Shown: in pieces, positions 9,044 through 17,602 of the stretch
Numbering within the stretch: the first letter of the stretch is position 1
How the letters are laid out: each line of letters opens with the position of its first letter
Assembly: GCA_016283615.1 (NCBI GenBank)
Contig: JAEENG010000071.1
Coordinates: forward strand, 4,768-68,767
Direction: 5' to 3'
DNA: 64,000 nt
Source of the DNA: Treponema sp.
GTDB taxonomy: Bacteria; Spirochaetota; Spirochaetia; Treponematales; Treponemataceae
Position numbers and translations under genes: made by a program
Notes under the pieces: model-generated
What the model was told of the DNA's origin: nothing
Databases searched by the model: none
The model's input: only the letters and a program-made list of their open reading frames with translations

Positions 9044-11608
9044 TTAGTCCATCAGGTAGTTGTAGTCTGGTCCGACTCCGCCTTCTTCCATGCCTTCTTC
9101 AGGCGGGCGCAGGTTAGAAACAAATACGCCGTATTCGCCGCCCTGCTGAGCCTTGTTGACATCAAATGAAAGCGGGGAAGTATCTTTGATTATCAGGTCG
9201 CTTCCAAAGCCTGCCTTGTATAATTCACGCTGCAGGCGGTAGAGTGCGATTGTACGGCCGCTGTTTGAAGTTGAGTGCATAGTACAAACGCTTGTAGGCT
9301 GTGTGCCTTCAAGATACCAGGCTGTAACTTTATTGTTTCCGCATTCAGGAGTTAAAATTCCGCCCGATACAGAGCAGACAGTGGCCTCTATAACGCCTGT
9401 AGCAGGCTTAGGGAACTCTTTCATCGGAAGTCCGTCATGAATCTTTCTCATGTAATCTGCCCACGCGTATCCGGCCAGTGTTGAACCTGTGAGCTGCAGA
9501 CCAAGTGACTGTCCCGGCTTGTCAAATCCAAACCAGAAGATAGAAGTGTAATATGGTGTAAAGCCCGCTGTCCATGCGTCGGCCCAGTTCTGTGTAGTTC
9601 CGGTTTTACCGGCCGCAGGAATTTGATACTGTTTGCCGCGTTCGTCTGTGTAGCGGAATTTTGTTCCGTTTGATGAAGGACCCGCAAGTGTACCGGTTCT
9701 GACTGTATTCTTTAATAATTCGGTCATGACAAAGGCTGTCTGCGGTGTAATTACCTGAGCGCTTGGTCCCTTTTCCTGCTGTGCGGCACGTACATCTTTT
9801 TCCGGGTTCATTACAACGTTACCGTTTCTGTCCTGAACTGAGCGGATTGCAATCGGAGTAACTTCTTTTCCGCCGCCGGCAAATATAGAGTAGGCTCGTG
9901 CAAGTTCAATAGGTCTGACAGAACATACACCGAGACCGATCGGATATCCCGGTACAAAGCCGCGGCTCGGAACTTCTTCTTTTGGAATTCCAAGGAGGCT
10001 GATTGCGCGGTTGATTGCCGTGTCAAAGCCGATTCCGTCAAGAACCTTGAGGGACGGAACATTCATGGAATGCGCAAGTGCGTACCACAGTTCAACATCG
10101 CCCTTCCACTCGCCGCGGAAGTTCTGAGGGATATATGGTTTTCCGTCTGCCGTATGGAATACGACAGGTGTGTCGGAAATAATTGTCGTAGGAGTAAATT
10201 CTCTTGAATCGATGGCTGCTGAATAATACAGCGGCTTGAACGAAGAACCCGGCTGAATCTTTGCCTGTACTGCGCGGATAAACTGGTTTTCGCTGTCGAA
10301 TTTTGAACCGCCGACCAGAGCTGTGATATAGCCTGTTTCGTTTTCAATCGAAATCATTGTGCCTTCGATTGTTGTTTTGCTTACGTTGAGTTTTGCCTGC
10401 TGGTTTGTTTTATTTACGACTCCTAATTTGAGCGAATCAATGCCAAACATCAGCGACATTACGTCCATTACAGGGTTAATCTGATTTGTGTAGGCTGCTT
10501 TTGAAATGGTCTCGTTACGCTGTTCGCTTACCTTTAAGCCGCCAAGGTTAAATGTAAGGGCAAGAAGTTCGGTCATTGGCGTGTATACGGAGAATGCCTG
10601 GTTTGTACGCTCACCGGTTGAACGCTGATAAGTTCTGTTTGCGTAGCGGATATATCTGTCCATTACATCCTGTGCAATGTACTGGTTTTTGAGATTGAGT
10701 GTTGTGTTTACCGTAAAGCCGCTAGTGTAAATATCTTCTGTACCGTAAATAAGGTTTCCAAGTTCACGGCGAACGTATTCGGAGAACCACGGCGCATTGT
10801 CATCATGATTGAATACAGCTGCTGAAGAAGTACGTGTGTAATCAAAGTTAGCCCAGTATTCGTCAAAACTGCTGTCAGCTTCTTCGCGTGTGATATAGCC
10901 TGAAGCAACCATAGTGTTAAGAACGTCCTTCTGACGGTCCATAGCACGGTTTGGATATTCAAACGGGTTGTAGAAGGCCGGGTTTGAAAGCTGAATTACA
11001 AGAATTGCGGATTCGGCCGGTGTGATCTGAGTAACATCGTGCCCAAAGTAATATTTTGAGGCTGCACTTACACCGTAAGTTCCACCGCCAAAATAGATTT
11101 TGTTGAGATATAGTTCAAGGATTTCATCTTTTGAATAGCGGCGTTCCATCTGGATTGCCCACCACAATTCCTTGAGCTTACGTCTGATTGACATATCTGT
11201 ACGGTCACAAAAAAGCGTACCTGCAATCTGCTGTGTTAAGGTTGAACCGCCTCCGAGTGACATTCCTGTAAGTTTACCGACAACCGCACGGAATACGGCC
11301 TTTGCACTGAATCCGCGGTGTTCGTAAAAGCGTCTGTCCTCGCGTGAGATAAGGGCGTCCAGCATGTGGCGCGGAATTTTACGGATACTTACGATTTCGC
11401 GTTTTTCTTCGCTGGCAAGTTCCGTGATAAGTTCGCCGTTGATGTCGAGGAGTTTAGTCGGAAGGGCTGTTTCAAATTCTGTAAACTGTTCGTTATCTAT
11501 AATAAATTTTGTTGAGGATAATGCTAAACCAAGACCTGCTCCGAATAAAATTGCACATACAAAAAGAGCAGCAACAAAGATATAAGTAGACTTTTTAATT
11601 GTGTCCAT
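9044..11608 (-). CDS. mrcA: Class A penicillin-binding protein 1A
   Basis: N-terminal TM anchor, transglycosylase motifs (EDRRFYEH, GGSTLTQQ), transpeptidase motifs SSFK, SMN and KTGT. Confidence 0.9.
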   Translation of the reverse strand: MDTIKKSTYIFVAALFVCAILFGAGLGLALSSTKFIIDNEQFTEFETALPTKLLDINGELITELASEEKREIVSIRKIPRHMLDALISREDRRFYEHRGFSAKAVFRAVVGKLTGMSLGGGSTLTQQIAGTLFCDRTDMSIRRKLKELWWAIQMERRYSKDEILELYLNKIYFGGGTYGVSAASKYYFGHDVTQITPAESAILVIQLSNPAFYNPFEYPNRAMDRQKDVLNTMVASGYITREEADSSFDEYWANFDYTRTSSAAVFNHDDNAPWFSEYVRRELGNLIYGTEDIYTSGFTVNTTLNLKNQYIAQDVMDRYIRYANRTYQRSTGERTNQAFSVYTPMTELLALTFNLGGLKVSEQRNETISKAAYTNQINPVMDVMSLMFGIDSLKLGVVNKTNQQAKLNVSKTTIEGTMISIENETGYITALVGGSKFDSENQFIRAVQAKIQPGSSFKPLYYSAAIDSREFTPTTIISDTPVVFHTADGKPYIPQNFRGEWKGDVELWYALAHSMNVPSLKVLDGIGFDTAINRAISLLGIPKEEVPSRGFVPGYPIGLGVCSVRPIELARAYSIFAGGGKEVTPIAIRSVQDRNGNVVMNPEKDVRAAQQEKGPSAQVITPQTAFVMTELLKNTVRTGTLAGPSSNGTKFRYTDERGKQYQIPAAGKTGTTQNWADAWTAGFTPYYTSIFWFGFDKPGQSLGLQLTGSTLAGYAWADYMRKIHDGLPMKEFPKPATGVIEATVCSVSGGILTPECGNNKVTAWYLEGTQPTSVCTMHSTSNSGRTIALYRLQRELYKAGFGSDLIIKDTSPLSFDVNKAQQGGEYGVFVSNLRPPEEGMEEGGVGPDYNYLMD

Positions 11609-11616
11609 ATCTAAAT

Positions 11617-11645
11617 AGAATAAGGGTTTACGGGCTTTCAGTCAA
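11617..11645 (-). promoter_or_regulatory. sigma70-type promoter of PBP1A
   Basis: TTGACT-N17-TATTCT, 8 nt before the ATG; no SD. Confidence 0.65.
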
Positions 11646-11680
11646 GGTGGATGAGGTTTATAAATAGGAAGAACAATGGC

Positions 11681-11767
11681 AAAAAAAAAGGCCGGCTAAA
11701 AGCCGGCCCATGCCCATCAGGCAGTCGGACGTCAATGGGTGGGAGGGGATAATTGATCGCCCGACAT
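11681..11767 (-). ncRNA. Candidate small regulatory RNA (~87 nt) with a C-rich loop and intrinsic terminator
   Basis: GC-rich island in an AT-rich intergenic region. Three hairpins: GUCGGGCG(A)UCAAU/AUUGACGUCCGAC with loop UAUCCCCUCCCACCC; UGCCU/GGGCA; terminator GGCCGGCU-UUU-AGCCGGCC-U9. Preceded by a sigma28-like promoter. Confidence 0.65.
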
Positions 11768-11772
11768 TATAA

Positions 11773-11800
11773 ATATCGTCAATAATACCTGAAATCTTTA
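11773..11800 (-). promoter_or_regulatory. sigma28 (FliA)-like promoter
   Basis: TAAA-N16-GACGATAT versus consensus TAAA-N15-GCCGATAW. The predicted start site falls at the base of the first hairpin. Confidence 0.55.
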
Positions 11801-11856
11801 CTTTTTTTAAAGAAATTCAGCCAAATTCCACAAAAATTCTGTTTGATTACAAAAAA

Positions 11857-12846
11857 TTATTCGTCTTCGCTTACTGTGGCGTCAACATTGAGGTTTACAG
11901 TGTAGGTTCTTCCGTTTACGGCCTTTACAGTCTTTGTAATTTCGTAGTCGCCGATGATAAACTTAACTGTGTGGTCGCCCGGTGTGATAATTACCGCTTC
12001 TTTTGAATGTGCAAAAACTTCACCGTCCAGAAGAATTTTTGCGTTTTCCGGCGAAATGATTTTGATAAGCGGTTCAATTCCCTTGAGCTGGACAGTCTGG
12101 GAAGTCTTCTTTGCCTGTTCAACAATAAAGGTTCTTGTTTCGTTGCGGTAATCCTTGCTTGTTACGGAAAGGTGGTGTTCGCCCGATTTAAGGATTACAG
12201 GGAACTGGTTCGGTGCAAACTGGTTGTCGTCAATATATACTTCAAAACTTCCGTTTTTGCCCTGAGGATGCTTAACTGCAAGATCAAAGTAGCCTTCATC
12301 TGTTAAAACCGGTTTTACGGAAATATCAAATACTGCGTGTTCGAGAGATTCCGGTGCGCCTTTCATTGCGAGGATAAACCTTAAAAAAACAAAGTCTGCC
12401 TTTTTATTTGAATAACCGGAAATAATTGTCGCGTACGGACTTTCCTTTAAGTTGAATTTTTTTGATAGCGGAATATATACCGTAAGATTCAACTTGCCCG
12501 GAATTGTATTTACCGAGAGTCTGTTTCCTGAATAGTCAATTTTATCTGCATGTGGGGCAGGGCTTACGTTGTCGTATAAAAAGTACGCGATTGTGTCACG
12601 CCACTGGGCTACAGTGTCCGGAACCTTGATATTCAATTCAATTCCTGAAATGAAAGTTGTGTCTTTTGGAAGGTAAATTGCAAGACCGTCAAAAACACCG
12701 CAGTTTGTTGACTGCACTTCGTAACTCTGCGGAATATTTACCTGAGCCGTTTTTGCGACACGGAAAGATTCTGCATTTAAAAGTGCTGCCGCAAGAAAAA
12801 AGAGAGAAAATGAAAAATATTTTTTTGCATTATTTATACTTTTCAT
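11857..12846 (-). CDS. Exported PEGA-domain protein
   Basis: Signal peptide; two C-terminal PEGA-like repeats (VYIDD...GEHHLSVTSKDY; ILLDG...PGDHTVKF). Confidence 0.75.
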   Translation of the reverse strand: MKSINNAKKYFSFSLFFLAAALLNAESFRVAKTAQVNIPQSYEVQSTNCGVFDGLAIYLPKDTTFISGIELNIKVPDTVAQWRDTIAYFLYDNVSPAPHADKIDYSGNRLSVNTIPGKLNLTVYIPLSKKFNLKESPYATIISGYSNKKADFVFLRFILAMKGAPESLEHAVFDISVKPVLTDEGYFDLAVKHPQGKNGSFEVYIDDNQFAPNQFPVILKSGEHHLSVTSKDYRNETRTFIVEQAKKTSQTVQLKGIEPLIKIISPENAKILLDGEVFAHSKEAVIITPGDHTVKFIIGDYEITKTVKAVNGRTYTVNLNVDATVSEDE

Positions 12847-12891
12847 ATTAAATATAATAATAATTGAATTTTATAAAATGGTATAGTGTCG

Positions 12892-13881
12892 TTAACGGAT
12901 ATTGAGCAATTTTTCAGGATCTGTTGAACTTCCATTTTTGATAAGTTCAAAATGAAGGTGAGGGCCTGTGCTCATTCCCGTGGTGCCGACCTTGCCGATC
13001 AGGGTTCCGCCGTTAAGCTTCTGTCCGCGCTGTGCTGTTATTCTGGAAAGGTGTGCGTAGATGCTTTTCATTCCGTTGTAGTGGGTAATGATGACGTAAT
13101 TGCCGTAGGTTGCATTAAAGCCGGTGTAAGTTACTTCCCCCGCCTTGCAGGCAAAAACGTCTGTTCCTTCGGATGCGGCTAAATCTATGCCCGAGTGGAA
13201 TTTCCACTTTCCGCTTATCGGGCTGATTCTGTAGCCGTATTCGCTTGTCAGAACGCTCTGCTTAAGCGGAGTTATCATGTTTGTGTCGACAAAAAAGAGA
13301 TAAGTTGAATTATCAAAGCGCTCTCTTTCGAGAAAGTAATAAATTTTTCCGTCGATGTTGAATTCAATTGTATCTGTTGAATCTGTGATTTTACCGTCCG
13401 TCAAATACTGTTTGTGGAGAAGAAATTCCCAGGGGCAGGACGGTTTTTGAGGAACAAAAATCCCGCTGAATGTGCTTACTAAAAGTGTTTTGCCTTCGAT
13501 TTTCTGGTCGGCTCCGGTCAAATGATTCAATGTTGCAATTGTTTCTTTGTAAACCGGCGAAAGTCGGGCGCTGAGCCACATAAAATCCATTCCCTCAGGG
13601 ACAACGAGCCTGTAAAAAGTGTAAATCGGTTGTTCGTATCCGTTTTTTGAACTGGAAGCAGGCGTTGAAAGGTTTTTGCCCATATTGGCATAAACTTTTG
13701 AATTAAAATCTGCTTCTTCGCCAAACTGCCGGAACATCAGATCTCTTGAGGTGGGATTTTCTATCAATGGAATTTTTGAAGTGTCCACGCTGATGCTTTT
13801 TTTTGACGGTAAAGCAGGACAGGTAAAATTCAACAAAAGAAAAAATACAAAAATGAATGAATATTTAGTTTTGGTTTTCAT
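12892..13881 (-). CDS. M23-family peptidoglycan endopeptidase
   Basis: HSGIDLA (HxxxD), YAHL and GPHLHFE motifs; N-terminal signal/TM segment. Confidence 0.9.
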   Translation of the reverse strand: MKTKTKYSFIFVFFLLLNFTCPALPSKKSISVDTSKIPLIENPTSRDLMFRQFGEEADFNSKVYANMGKNLSTPASSSKNGYEQPIYTFYRLVVPEGMDFMWLSARLSPVYKETIATLNHLTGADQKIEGKTLLVSTFSGIFVPQKPSCPWEFLLHKQYLTDGKITDSTDTIEFNIDGKIYYFLERERFDNSTYLFFVDTNMITPLKQSVLTSEYGYRISPISGKWKFHSGIDLAASEGTDVFACKAGEVTYTGFNATYGNYVIITHYNGMKSIYAHLSRITAQRGQKLNGGTLIGKVGTTGMSTGPHLHFELIKNGSSTDPEKLLNIR

Positions 13882-14272
13882 TTACTACCAGTTCTTTTGG
13901 TTTGAGGCTAAAAGAAAGAATTCCATAAATCAACAGGGTAGCAATAAAAACAGGAATTGCAAAAAATCTGCGGCCAGTCATAATCAGGGCAACACAACCT
14001 GCAGTTCCTGCGAGAATGATAAAGAGTTTGAGCAGAAAGATTATTGTCTTATAAAAACCTGCGCTGATTACTATTTTTACTGCAAAAAATAATAGAACTG
14101 CGCAGAAAATTGTCATAAATACAAGTGTGTATGTGTGTGGAAGTGTGGTAGCAAAATACCAGAGCGGATAAACAAATGCTGATCCGATTAAACAGCAGAG
14201 TGCAACAAGTGCAAAAATTTTAACAAACTGAAGTAATACTTTTCCGTAACCTGCAACAATATTTTTTAACAT
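13865..14272 (-). CDS. Hypothetical membrane protein (~4 TM)
   Basis: Hydrophobic segments; overlaps the start of the M23 gene, suggesting an operon. Confidence 0.75.
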   Translation of the reverse strand: MLKNIVAGYGKVLLQFVKIFALVALCCLIGSAFVYPLWYFATTLPHTYTLVFMTIFCAVLLFFAVKIVISAGFYKTIIFLLKLFIILAGTAGCVALIMTGRRFFAIPVFIATLLIYGILSFSLKPKELVVNENQN

Positions 14273-14283
14273 AATTTTCCCAT

Positions 14284-14314
14284 AAAAAAATCTGCCTTGC
14301 GGCAGATTTTTTTT
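14284..14314 (-). terminator. Intrinsic terminator of the ferredoxin gene
   Basis: AAAAAAATCTGCC-TTGC-GGCAGATTTTTTTT immediately after the stop codon. Confidence 0.85.
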
Positions 14315-14488
14315 CTATTCTTCAGAAATAGCAGCAGCAGGACATTCGCTTGAACATGTTCCGCAGCTAACGCATTTAGAAGAATCAATTTCGCGGTGAC
14401 CACCGTTTTCGCTGATTGCTCCTACTGGACAATCAGGTTCGCATGTACCACAGTTTACACAAATACTAGCGTCGATTTTGTAAGCCAT
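14315..14488 (-). CDS. fdx: 2[4Fe-4S] clostridial-type ferredoxin (57 aa), absent from the ORF track
   Basis: Manual translation MAYKIDASICVNCGTCEPDCPVGAISENGGHREIDSSKCVSCGTCSSECPAAAISEE has two CxxCxxCxxxCP motifs; SD GAGAGG. Confidence 0.96.
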   Translation of the reverse strand: MAYKIDASICVNCGTCEPDCPVGAISENGGHREIDSSKCVSCGTCSSECPAAAISEE

Positions 14489-14566
14489 AGTGTGTACCTC
14501 TCTTACATTAATATTTAAAAGATATCAGGAGTCTGACTTTCTCCCGTTACCTCTCTTATAACATTT

Positions 14567-14595
14567 AATTTAACACAAGAATTTTTATTTTACAA
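14567..14595 (-). promoter_or_regulatory. sigma70-type promoter of the ferredoxin gene
   Basis: TTGTAA-N17-TAAATT with a TG extension. Confidence 0.5.
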
Positions 14596-14846
14596 GGGAA
14601 TATTCTGTTTTATGGCGTTATCTTGTGCTAATATAAGTTAGATATTTTTTTTCTAATAAGGAGGCATGATAAAAATTACATACGCCACTTCGTGTCGTTT
14701 GCATATAGGAAATTATAAAACTTTGTGCTTGCGCACAGGAGCATCCCTGGTAATTTTTATCATGGGCAATTGCATTCTAAAGCCTGCAATTGCTATTCGC
14801 GCCGTCCTGGCGCGTGGCTGCCGCCATGGCTTTATAGGAGTAAAAA

Positions 14847-15518
14847 ATGGATAAAAAAGAACTGGCAAAAATAATCGATCATACAAACCTTAATGCGTGC
14901 GCAAAGGAAGAAGACATAAAAAAACTTTGTGACGAGGCCCTTAAATACGGTTTTGCAAGCTGCTGTGTTAACCCTTATTATGTTCCTTTTGCTGCGCAGC
15001 AGCTGGAAGGCTCAAATGTAAAGGTATGCACTGTAATCGGCTTTCCTCTTGGCTCAAATTCTGCCGACGACAAGGCCGGCCAGGCTGCAAGCTGTGTTGC
15101 AGAAGGCGCTCAGGAAGTTGATATGGTTATCAATCTTGGCCTTGTAATGGACGGAAAGTGGGATGAAGTTTACGAAGAAATATTTGCGGTACGCTGCGCG
15201 GTAAATGATGTAGATACGGGAGATGACAGAAAAATCATCCTCAAAGTTATTCTCGAAACCTGTTATCTTAACGACGAACAGATTATTGAATCGTGCAGGT
15301 GTGCCAAAAAAGCAGGTGCTGACTTTGTAAAAACATCTACCGGTTTTGGAAAGGGCGGTGCAGACGTACACTCAGTTGAACTTATGCGTAAAACAGTCGG
15401 GGATGAACTCGGAGTTAAGGCAAGCGGCGGAATCCGTACTTACGAAGATGCTGTTGCCATGGTAAACGCCGGGGCTTCAAGAATCGGCTGTTCTAGCGGA
15501 GTGCAGATTGTAAGCTAG
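14847..15518 (+). CDS. deoC: Deoxyribose-phosphate aldolase
   Basis: IDHTNL, VIGFPLG, EVDMVIN, KVILET, FVKTSTGF, VKASGGIR, RIGCSS. Confidence 0.96.
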   Translation: MDKKELAKIIDHTNLNACAKEEDIKKLCDEALKYGFASCCVNPYYVPFAAQQLEGSNVKVCTVIGFPLGSNSADDKAGQAASCVAEGAQEVDMVINLGLVMDGKWDEVYEEIFAVRCAVNDVDTGDDRKIILKVILETCYLNDEQIIESCRCAKKAGADFVKTSTGFGKGGADVHSVELMRKTVGDELGVKASGGIRTYEDAVAMVNAGASRIGCSSGVQIVS

Positions 15519-16444
15519 ACTCTGCTCCAGTAAAAGGTATTGTCCTTTATCTGGTAGGTAATTTTTTCTGCATCGTAGAGAGAAGTCAAATAGGCGCGGA
15601 CTGTGCTTCCAATCAGCACATACTGACTCAATTTCATTTGAAGGTCGTTGCGTTCTGCGACGGCCTTTAAAATCTGCTCTGTTGTTTTTGGAGAAGAGAG
15701 TTCTTCAAGGATAAGGTTTTCTGTTTCAAGAAGGGCAAGAATATTCAATTCTGCAAGGCCTTCAATTTCTGTAACTCTCTGGCCGTGGCCTGGAACATAA
15801 AAGTCAGCCTTAAGTTTTGAAATTTTTACAAGGCTGTCCTTCATTGTCTGTTCATCGAGAAGGTATTGAATCCAGTATTTTTTTAAGATGTTTCTGCCGC
15901 TGATTGCATCGCCTAAAAATGCGCTGCTTATTCCGTCGGTGTCTCGGACGATAAAGCCCGTCTGGTCAAGATAATGTCCCGGGAGCGGGATTGATTCAAT
16001 TTTTAAACCGCCGGCCTGTAAAACCGCATCGTTCAGGAATTTTTTGTCTGCGTGACAGGTTGCAGCTACAAAGTATTTTGTTCGGATGTCTTTGAGCGCG
16101 TTTCCGCCCCAGATGAGTGAAGTTTCGATTTGAGGAAACTCCATCATGGCGCCTTCGCCCCGGCTTGCCCAGATCTGGCAGCCGGTTTTTTCTTTAAGGA
16201 ATTTATTTGCGCCGCAATGGTCTGCGTGTGAGTGCGTGTTGATTACGGCGCAGAGTTTTGGATTTGTAAATTTTTCGTTCAAAAAATCAAGCAGAATCTG
16301 TGCTATGGAGTCGTCGTTGCCGCTGTCAATCAAATAAACAGGAGTTTCTCCGTTTGTTGAATCCAGGGCGATGACTCCGATATTTGTCGGTAAACTTAAA
16401 TGATAAACGTGCTTTGAAAGTTGCGTGCAAAGTTCTGCTTTCAT
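15515..16444 (-). CDS. MBL-fold metallo-hydrolase
   Basis: LIDSG, THSHADH (HxHxDH), PGH, GDA and VPGHG motifs. Confidence 0.9.
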   Translation of the reverse strand: MKAELCTQLSKHVYHLSLPTNIGVIALDSTNGETPVYLIDSGNDDSIAQILLDFLNEKFTNPKLCAVINTHSHADHCGANKFLKEKTGCQIWASRGEGAMMEFPQIETSLIWGGNALKDIRTKYFVAATCHADKKFLNDAVLQAGGLKIESIPLPGHYLDQTGFIVRDTDGISSAFLGDAISGRNILKKYWIQYLLDEQTMKDSLVKISKLKADFYVPGHGQRVTEIEGLAELNILALLETENLILEELSSPKTTEQILKAVAERNDLQMKLSQYVLIGSTVRAYLTSLYDAEKITYQIKDNTFYWSRV

Positions 16445-16451
16445 TTACAAA

Positions 16452-17519
16452 CTAATCTCCGAGTGTAAGGTCTCCTTCTTTAATCCAGCCGATTTTGCGG
16501 AGTAAAAGACCAAATGCCCATGTCAAAACTGCAGGAAGAATAAAGCAGACAAGGAGAAGTCCGAGCCAGTCAGCTGCATTTGGAGAAATTGCCTGTGCGC
16601 CGTGAGCGACTGCAACTTCAGACGGGTTGAACCAGCCTGTGATAACACCAATCTGGCCTACGAGACCGCAGGTTCCCATTCCGGAACTTACTGCAGCTCC
16701 GTTCATTTCCATTTTAAAGAGACAGGTTGAAACTGGACCTGTAATTACACCTGCGAGTGTTGGAGCAATCCATACGCGCGGATTTTTGATGATGTTAGGC
16801 ATCTGCAGCATGCTTGTTCCGAGCCCCTGGCTGAGAAGTCCGCCCCAGCGGTTTTCGCGGAATGAAAGAAATGCAAAACCAACCATCTGTGCACAGCAGC
16901 CGGCAACTGCGGCACCGCCTGCAAGGCCTGTAAGACCGAGGGCAGCACAGATTGCGGCTGAACTGATTGGAAGTGTGAGTGCTACGCCGACGATTGTAGA
17001 AATAAGAATACCCATGATGAACGGGCGCAGTGTTGTTGCCCATACAATAAGGTTTCCGAGTGAACTTGCGGCCATTCCGATGTATCTGGCAGTAAGTACA
17101 GTTAAAAGTGCACCTGAAAGAATTGTTACGGCAGGTGTTACAATGATATCTACCTTTGTTTTTTTGCTTACGAGGTTACCGAGTTCTGCTGCAATGATTG
17201 CAATAAAAAGAACTGCAAGCGGACCGCCGGCTCCGCCTGTTACGTTTGCGGCACTGCCGACTGCAACAAGGCTAAAAAGAACAAGTGCCGGAACCTGCAT
17301 TGCAAAGCCGATGCCCACAGCCATTGCAGCGCCGACTACATGCGGGTCTGTCGCAAAGTTTCCTGCACTTACCATGAATTCAAAAACCGGGTTTGTGCCG
17401 AGACGGATTAACTGCTGTCCGAGTGTCTTGATGATTGTGCCGATGAGTAATGAGGCAAAGAGTCCCTGAGCCATTCCGCTCATCGCGTCGATTAAATAAC
17501 GTTTTACGTATTTATTCAT
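16452..17519 (-). CDS. PTS EIIC_2-family membrane transporter (orphan IIC)
   Basis: GMAQGLFASLLIGTII, LPISSAA, GLGTSMLQ and GMGTCGLVG motifs; ~10 TM. Start moved to ATG 17519 behind a GGAG SD. Confidence 0.85.
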   Translation of the reverse strand: MNKYVKRYLIDAMSGMAQGLFASLLIGTIIKTLGQQLIRLGTNPVFEFMVSAGNFATDPHVVGAAMAVGIGFAMQVPALVLFSLVAVGSAANVTGGAGGPLAVLFIAIIAAELGNLVSKKTKVDIIVTPAVTILSGALLTVLTARYIGMAASSLGNLIVWATTLRPFIMGILISTIVGVALTLPISSAAICAALGLTGLAGGAAVAGCCAQMVGFAFLSFRENRWGGLLSQGLGTSMLQMPNIIKNPRVWIAPTLAGVITGPVSTCLFKMEMNGAAVSSGMGTCGLVGQIGVITGWFNPSEVAVAHGAQAISPNAADWLGLLLVCFILPAVLTWAFGLLLRKIGWIKEGDLTLGD

Positions 17520-17602
17520 TTTAGTCTCCAAAAATTACTGTTGGGTGCAAATCTTATCACAAACGTCTTTTTTTTACCATACAAAGATGATATAATTGAA
17601 TT

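Noticed and set aside
14666-14854. 62-aa ORF upstream of deoC with a GAGG SD
   Set aside because: It crosses a palindrome-rich element and has no protein-like features. Not called, although a leader peptide cannot be fully excluded.
16627-17469. 280-aa ORF on the + strand
   Set aside because: Antisense shadow of the Gly/Ala-rich EIIC gene; no RBS or recognisable motif.
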